Under the pieces are notes generated by a model, which saw only the letters and a list, made by a program, of their open reading frames with translations, did no database searches and was not told where the DNA came from. DNA of 64,000 bases from NCBI GenBank assembly GCA_029932855.1, contig JAOZPG010000010.1, positions 33,097-97,096 of the forward strand. The letters are read 5' to 3'. The position numbers and the translations under genes are program-made. Shown here one piece after another: positions 58,313-64,000 of this stretch. Each line of letters begins with the position of its first letter. The stretch's first letter is position 1. The stretch comes from Bacteroidales bacterium (lineage in GTDB: Bacteria > Bacteroidota > Bacteroidia > Bacteroidales > VadinHA17).

Positions 58313-58987
58313 TTAATACTCCCATATTCCTTCCCTGCTTGGTTTTTCCAGGCTTTTTTCAAGCATTTTTATGAACCCTCTCCTGGATATCTCTTTTGCT
58401 CCCATCCTTTTTAGATGATCGGTAGGCACCTGTGCATCAATAAAGTCAAATTCCCATTCTTTAAGCAATTGCACAAGCCGGTGCAATGCTGCTTTCGATG
58501 CATCACTCTCTGTCTGAAACATAGACTCGCCAAAAAAAGCTGCACCCAGTGAAACCCCGTAAAGGCCCCCCACAAGCCTGCCATTATAAAAAGATTCAAC
58601 AGAATGAGCATATCCCTGCCTGTGCAGTTCAATATAAGCCTGCTTCATTTTATTTGTTATCCATGTTCCTTCCTGTCCTTTCCTTTCCAGGCCCGAACAT
58701 GCATCTATCACCTCTTCAAAAGAGCTGTCTGTCCGGTATTCAAACTTGCCCGACTTAATTGTGCGGGCCAGGCTTTTTGATACTTTCATCTCTTCCGGAA
58801 GAAGTATGAGCCTGGGATCGGGAGACCACCATAATATTGGTGAGCTCTCGTTAAACCATGGGAAGATTCCTTTTGAGTATGCATCTAGCAGAGTGCTTGT
58901 TGAGAGGTCTCCTCCAATTGCCAGAAGGCCATCTTTATTGGCAGTAGATGGATCCGGGAAGATGCTTTTATTATTTTCGCGATTCAT
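58313..58987 (-). CDS. aat: Leucyl/phenylalanyl-tRNA-protein transferase
   Basis: GLLA.GGDL, AY..GIFPW, WWSPDPR, TWI, AHSVE, GGLYGV, F.GESMF, ASK, D.Q..T.HL. Start at ATG 58987. Confidence 0.96.
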   Translation of the reverse strand: MNRENNKSIFPDPSTANKDGLLAIGGDLSTSTLLDAYSKGIFPWFNESSPILWWSPDPRLILLPEEMKVSKSLARTIKSGKFEYRTDSSFEEVIDACSGLERKGQEGTWITNKMKQAYIELHRQGYAHSVESFYNGRLVGGLYGVSLGAAFFGESMFQTESDASKAALHRLVQLLKEWEFDFIDAQVPTDHLKRMGAKEISRRGFIKMLEKSLEKPSREGIWEY

Positions 58988-59106
58988 TGGGAATAACTTG
59001 GACAAAGTCTCAATTTACAAAGAAATACCGGTATTGTTTACCCTCATTCTTCATTTATTATTATTTCGGGATTTCTTTGTACATTCACAAAAAATAATTG
59101 AGAAAT

Positions 59107-59550
59107 ATGAATGCTGATGGTTCAAAGATCCTGCTTCCCTTTAATGTTCCGAGAACATTAAAAACAATGGAATTTGATTTTGATCCTGATACTGAGACTA
59201 TCAGTCTCAGAGGTAAGTTTATTCCTGAAGACAACCTCGTTTTTTTCGAACCAATACTTGAATGGATGGATACTTTAATTCAGAATCCGCCCCCACGTAT
59301 AAAGGTCCTTGTTCAAATTGATTATTTTAATACTTCTTCATCAAAGTTCATCCTTAAGATATTTAAGAAGCTTGATGAGGCCAGCAAAGCCGGTTCGGAT
59401 ATTGTGATACACTGGATCTATGAACAGGATGACTGGGATATGCGCGATTGCGGCCTGGATTATAAGGATATTGTGAAGGTTCCTGTTAAGCTGGTTGAAA
59501 TATCGGAGACAGATGGTATGAGGATGGAAGAAGAAGATAATCCTGAGTAA
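59107..59550 (+). CDS. SiaC-family (DUF1987) phosphoprotein
   Basis: L.G...PED...FFEP...W, YFNTSSSK, W.Y...D.DM...G.DY. Confidence 0.85.
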   Translation: MNADGSKILLPFNVPRTLKTMEFDFDPDTETISLRGKFIPEDNLVFFEPILEWMDTLIQNPPPRIKVLVQIDYFNTSSSKFILKIFKKLDEASKAGSDIVIHWIYEQDDWDMRDCGLDYKDIVKVPVKLVEISETDGMRMEEEDNPE

Positions 59551-59578
59551 AGCAGGGACTAAGGCTCACTACAGCTTA

Positions 59579-60598
59579 TTAATTATATTTTTTTGTAGAT
59601 AATAATCCACAGGCTGCATCAATATCCTGACCCCTTGATTTGCGTATGGTCGCAATTACTCCCCTAGCATTCAGCTGATCCCTGAATTTTTCCATTTCAA
59701 AATGCCTTGTGCCGGAAAGATCCGTATCAGGTATTGAATGAAAATATATCAGGTTCACCATGCACTTAAGTCCGTTGAGCTGTTTAGCCAGGTCTAGGGC
59801 GTGCTGCCGTGAGTCATTTACTCCTTTAAACATTATATACTCAAAAGACAACTTCCTGTACCTGCTTATCTCTGTATTTTTCAGTTCCCTGATTATCTCA
59901 GCTGCGGGATGTAGCTTCTCAACAGGCATTAGCTTCAGCCTTTCCTCAGGGTAGGGACTATGAAGGCTGATAGCGAGGTTGCAGGCAGTTTTTGCCAGGA
60001 ACTCTTTTACAGCCGGTAATATGCCAATGGTAGAAACTGTTATTCTTTTCGGGCTCCAGCCAAATCCCCAGTCAGAGGTCATTATCTCCAGGCTTTTCAT
60101 CACTTCGTCGAAATTATCGAAGGGCTCACCCATACCCATGTAAACAATATTTGTGAGATCTGCCGATTCGGGAATACTTTTTACCTGGTTGATAATTTCT
60201 CCGGAAGTCAGGTTTCCAAGGAGGCCCTGCCTGCCTGTCATGCAGAATTTGCAGGCTCTCTTACATCCTGCCTGTGTTGAAACGCAAAGTGTATTCCTGC
60301 TTATTTCGGGGATATATGCCGATTCGATATAATTACCCCCTGCAAGTTTAAAAAGATATTTTTTTGTTCCGTCTTTAGATTCCTGCACCCCGGCAGGCTC
60401 TGTCAGCCCGATCTCAAATTTATTTTCAAGTATGGTCCTGGCTTTCTTGCTCAGGTTAGACATCTCATCAAAGCTCTTAACATCTTTTTTATAAAGCCAG
60501 CCGGCAAGCTGGGAAGCCGTAAAAGAAGGCAGCCCGATTTTTTTAACAATGACTTTTAGTTCATCAAGAGTTTTTCCGAATAATATTTCTTTCTCCAT
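59579..60598 (-). CDS. rlmN: 23S rRNA m2A2503 radical SAM methyltransferase
   Basis: DGT.KYLF, CVS.Q.GC...C.FC.TG, MGMGEP, ISLH, SRG.DI.AACG.L. Confidence 0.96.
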   Translation of the reverse strand: MEKEILFGKTLDELKVIVKKIGLPSFTASQLAGWLYKKDVKSFDEMSNLSKKARTILENKFEIGLTEPAGVQESKDGTKKYLFKLAGGNYIESAYIPEISRNTLCVSTQAGCKRACKFCMTGRQGLLGNLTSGEIINQVKSIPESADLTNIVYMGMGEPFDNFDEVMKSLEIMTSDWGFGWSPKRITVSTIGILPAVKEFLAKTACNLAISLHSPYPEERLKLMPVEKLHPAAEIIRELKNTEISRYRKLSFEYIMFKGVNDSRQHALDLAKQLNGLKCMVNLIYFHSIPDTDLSGTRHFEMEKFRDQLNARGVIATIRKSRGQDIDAACGLLSTKKYN

Positions 60599-60646
60599 AA
60601 TACGAGCTTTGACAGAGGTATATATAATTAATGAAGCCCGACCGGT

Positions 60647-61804
60647 TTATTTTGCAGGTTGGTTCACAATTTTCTTCAGGCCAATCAGTATTTTTTCCAT
60701 TTCTGCCTTTTGTTCCTGGTCTTCCTCCTGTTCCACAGCAGCCTGCATGTCGGGAATAGCATCGGTATATTCTGTTTCAAGCAGGTATTTGGCAGCATGC
60801 ATTCTTACTTCCGGTGATTCATGACGCAGTAGTCCTATAGACCAGCGTATGGAAGGTCTTGAACGAATTGAATATAGCTCGTCAAGGGCATTTATCACTA
60901 TGGAGTCATCTTCACTGAAGAGTTTCCAGAAGTTCTTCTTTTCAGATTTTATTTGTTCAGAAAAGTAAAGCACTTCCTTATGGTTCAGTCCGGGACGAAT
61001 AAGCTTATCGGAATATGTAACAAGCTCATTCCCGCTTACCCACCTTGCCATCCTGGGAATTATCCATCGCATGCCTGCCGTGGCTTCAGGGTGACCAACA
61101 GAGATAAATACTTTTCCTTTGCCATACTCGGAGGTGGCAAAGATCAGTTTCCCCGGTGTTGTGCCTTCAGGGTATCCTGGCTTGTTTGCTACATCGGAAT
61201 AAAAGCTAGCCAGTATATCTGCTCTATCCGACTCTGGGTATTTAAAGATTGGGCCATCATAATATTGAATATATAAAGAATCCTCCTTTGCCAGTTCATA
61301 GAAGATCTCTTTACCTTTTTCATTCAGGTGAAATGCAACAAGCCCTCTTCCCCTGTCATAATATCCGTCCCTGATATCCGGTTCGGGAAATATCTGCAGG
61401 CTGGGATATCCCGGGGTGGTAGATAAAATAAAACCTCCTGCACATATACCTATGAGTCCTTTTCCATCTTCATATGCAAATTTTCTTACTTTTTCTGCAG
61501 CCTGCTGGCCCAGGTTATTAAACTCTGTGCTTCCGCTTCCGCCGGGAAAGATCAGTACATCCAGCTCATTGAGCTTTCCCTGCATAATTTCTTCGCTGGT
61601 TACTTCACAGGGAGTGATCTCCTTATCAATTTTAAGGGCTTCACTTACTTCAATAAGTCCAATAAAACTTCCACTTCCGCCACCGCTGAATACTCCCACT
61701 TTAATGTTATTATCTGTGGCGGCCTGGTTTTCATTATTGGCACATGAAGTAAGCAGTATCACAACTGCCAGCATTGATAGTAAGTTTATTCTTGTCATTT
61801 TCAT
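60647..61804 (-). CDS. BPL_N/class I GATase-like lipoprotein with C-terminal HEAT repeat
   Basis: Lipobox LTSC, DVLIFPGGSG, GICAG, Y..GP, YGKG.V....HPE, HEAT-like LLRHESPEVR..AA..L. Start uncertain (61798-61816). Confidence 0.75.
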   Translation of the reverse strand: MKMTRINLLSMLAVVILLTSCANNENQAATDNNIKVGVFSGGGSGSFIGLIEVSEALKIDKEITPCEVTSEEIMQGKLNELDVLIFPGGSGSTEFNNLGQQAAEKVRKFAYEDGKGLIGICAGGFILSTTPGYPSLQIFPEPDIRDGYYDRGRGLVAFHLNEKGKEIFYELAKEDSLYIQYYDGPIFKYPESDRADILASFYSDVANKPGYPEGTTPGKLIFATSEYGKGKVFISVGHPEATAGMRWIIPRMARWVSGNELVTYSDKLIRPGLNHKEVLYFSEQIKSEKKNFWKLFSEDDSIVINALDELYSIRSRPSIRWSIGLLRHESPEVRMHAAKYLLETEYTDAIPDMQAAVEQEEDQEQKAEMEKILIGLKKIVNQPAK

Positions 61805-61897
61805 TTCTTTTCCCACTATGTTGATTAAATGAATTATTTCTGCCGTTATCCTGTTTTTTTTGTTTACCGGCTTGAGCCTGCAATATTTATTTGGGGA

Positions 61898-63133
61898 CTA
61901 TTTATTAATGCTGATACCGAAATTCTTCTTATAAAATGCCGGTACCTCAAGGTCTACCCAATTATAGAAATCCTGCATTTCTTTATTACTTATCTCCGAC
62001 TCCCTCCATTTTTTAAGCATTGCATCCGCCCTGTCGAATATCTCATCTTCAAAAGGAGTGATCTTCTGTATGCTACCGGTGTTATCAGCATTTACCAGGC
62101 TGTTTATATTTATGTAACTCTCACTATGGCCGGTCCACCTGTAAGGGAATGATCTCATTTTTACGTCCATCCCCATATAGCACATAGGGGAATCTTTCAG
62201 TTTCTCATTGTATGTGAAAATTGCAGGCAGCTTTGTTTTAGGACTATTCCATACCGGTATACAAACTGTTGACAGGGGCCAGCCAAGCACTGTCCACATC
62301 GTTGTATATGCAGGATCCTCACCTTTTTTTACTCCCTGGATCACAGCTACTGAGGCAGTGCTTCTACGGACTATGAAATCTGTGAAGAATACATGTGTTT
62401 CATTGTGTTCAGGAATATCTGAATAATCATAAAGATCAACTCCTGTTAAAGAATGATACAGGCTGCGACTAAATTCCTGTATAATTGTTTGGGGCCTTAG
62501 ATTATTTTCTTTAGCAGCTTTCTTTATCAGTTTCTCGGCAGTTTCATACCTGATATATCCATGACCGGAAAATACCTTTTCCCCTGTGAAAGAATAATTT
62601 GTTCTTATAACATATCCATAGGGGGCTATTTTAGGATCATTAACATCTATTTTTTCAACTACGAAGTTACCTACCTCGAAATAGGCAGCTCCGCCTTTTG
62701 CATCTATAACCCCATAATTGGCTGCCACCCTGGTAGGTTGCTTGAGGGACCTGAGTAATTGCTCAAACTCATCAATATCAGCACATTCTTCAAGTGCCCT
62801 TTTCATGAGAACACCTTCTCTCCCCGTTCCTTTAATTGTATCATTATTGATGTTATAGCTTGCAGTATTCATAATTGCAAATCCTTCTGAATTCATGCCA
62901 TACCATATGCTTTTATTAAGGCTGTCGGTTGAATTTACTACCCCGGTATAGCTGTATTTGCCTTCTTTGCTGAAGATGATTTTGTTCAATAAGGTATTCG
63001 TATCGCGATGCTTCCATAGCAGAGGACGGCCATCGACGGTATATTTTCCGGAAATAACAGCAGATGTACATGAGTAAGCATGGATGTTTACTGCAAAATA
63101 CAACAGCAGGATCAATAGGGAATATTTTTTCAT
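61898..63133 (-). CDS. Exported Ntn hydrolase (C45/choloylglycine hydrolase-like)
   Basis: Signal peptide followed by CTSAVISGK...DGRPLLWKHRD (N-terminal Cys nucleophile), G.NS.GFA..N, N.GV.D, RTN. Confidence 0.8.
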   Translation of the reverse strand: MKKYSLLILLLYFAVNIHAYSCTSAVISGKYTVDGRPLLWKHRDTNTLLNKIIFSKEGKYSYTGVVNSTDSLNKSIWYGMNSEGFAIMNTASYNINNDTIKGTGREGVLMKRALEECADIDEFEQLLRSLKQPTRVAANYGVIDAKGGAAYFEVGNFVVEKIDVNDPKIAPYGYVIRTNYSFTGEKVFSGHGYIRYETAEKLIKKAAKENNLRPQTIIQEFSRSLYHSLTGVDLYDYSDIPEHNETHVFFTDFIVRRSTASVAVIQGVKKGEDPAYTTMWTVLGWPLSTVCIPVWNSPKTKLPAIFTYNEKLKDSPMCYMGMDVKMRSFPYRWTGHSESYININSLVNADNTGSIQKITPFEDEIFDRADAMLKKWRESEISNKEMQDFYNWVDLEVPAFYKKNFGISINK

Positions 63134-63201
63134 TATTAAAAAAATTAAAAGTTTAAAATAAACCCTTAAAAGTAGAAAAAAAATGTAATGCTCAGTCCTG
63201 C

Positions 63202-63417
63202 CTAATTATGTTCTTTACCACATTCGCAGTTGCTCAGGTTGATATATACCAGTAAACAGATGGTTAACAGCAGGAAACTGTTTGCCACATGGAAATAGTT
63301 TACAGCATGGTTTACGCCAAACAGATGTGTTCCGAACAAAAAGTTAACACTGCCGCAGAATATTGATGCAGTGGCAATGATGCCTGTAGCCCAGCTTAGC
63401 CAGTTAAGTGTTTTCAT
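63202..63417 (-). CDS. Small two-TM membrane protein
   Basis: 71 aa, two hydrophobic helices, AT-rich leader, co-oriented with both neighbours. Confidence 0.65.
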   Translation of the reverse strand: MKTLNWLSWATGIIATASIFCGSVNFLFGTHLFGVNHAVNYFHVANSFLLLTICLLVYINLSNCECGKEHN

Positions 63418-63511
63418 AATCAGGTGTATTAAAGTTTAGAACAAGTAAGTTAATAAAATTCAGCATGATAGCAAAAGTTTCAAAGCCGGACAGCTGTTCC
63501 TGTTCCCTGTT

Positions 63512-63985
63512 TCAGTGCTTATGAAAGTAGCTGTTTTCAATGGCAGCAAGTGTGTTTCTAAGCTTTTCCACATATACCAGATCGGTAGTTTGTTTGCTTT
63601 TCATTGAATAAACCAGCATAGTATGCATAAGTTGCAACTGCTCAAGGTATTTATTGTATGCTTCATGGTTTTCGGGCTCCTGTATTTTTATTCGCTGGTG
63701 AAGAAAATACTGGCTTATTACTTCCTGTATCTTGCCTGCATGCTCTTCCTTGTTGTTTATCCAGCGCACCAGTTGGTTATAGTTAATAATTTCAGCTGCA
63801 GAAAGCTCGTTTATCATATTCATTGATTTCTCAATGGTTTCAATATGCTCGTAAAGCAAGGCAATACGAATGGAGTCGCCATAGATGCCACAGGGAATTT
63901 CACAGTGGGCAGATACTTTTTGCACAGACAGGTTGAACATAGCCGTTATAACCAGTAAGAGAATGCTTTTCTTAAATTTTTTCAT
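63512..63985 (-). CDS. sodN: Nickel superoxide dismutase with Sec signal peptide
   Basis: Ni-hook HCEIPCGIY directly after an AxA-like site (VSA), plus NQ..RW...KE.HA and K.KQ. Confidence 0.92.
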   Translation of the reverse strand: MKKFKKSILLLVITAMFNLSVQKVSAHCEIPCGIYGDSIRIALLYEHIETIEKSMNMINELSAAEIINYNQLVRWINNKEEHAGKIQEVISQYFLHQRIKIQEPENHEAYNKYLEQLQLMHTMLVYSMKSKQTTDLVYVEKLRNTLAAIENSYFHKH

Positions 63986-64000
63986 GATAATTATTGTTAA

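Noticed and set aside
302-63826. Many 60-200 aa ORFs nested in or antisense to real genes (e.g. 13997-14587, 8744-9265, 24444-24992, 28319-28840)
   Set aside because: Shadow frames of well-supported genes, with no recognisable motifs.

Overview
Gene-dense chromosomal backbone of a Bacteroidota (Bacteroidales-like) bacterium. The assignment rests on TAnnTTTG promoter elements, a T9SS-type cargo protein, and the dnaB/ispE, tgt/lptG and rpmH/PASTA/rluD arrangements. It holds about 61 CDS, mostly housekeeping (nadE, tdk, rsmI, dnaB, ispE, tgt, rsmG, rpmH, lpdA, uvrA, smpB, miaA, tkt, pdxB, aat, rlmN), and one tRNA-Ser(CGA). I saw no CRISPR array, transposase or integrase. The most interesting stretch is 54.9-58.3 kb. 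There, ribosomal protein bTHX with a histone-like tail overlaps (TAATG) a membrane-anchored reductive-dehalogenase-like protein. That gene is followed by a single polypeptide that appears to fuse ECF S-like and T-like membrane domains to a THEP1-type NTPase. Other notable items: a Cur/BT4338-like Crp regulator with a consensus operator in its own leader; an ECF sigma/beta-barrel anti-sigma pair divergent from serpin and NigD-like lipoproteins, with twin ACGCAAC-N18-RTC promoter candidates; a signal-peptide Ni-SOD; an AT-rich RmuC-like nuclease gene; a candidate ART-fold orphan; and a ~140 bp fold-back at the tRNA 3' end. All calls come from reading motifs by eye; no database searches were run.
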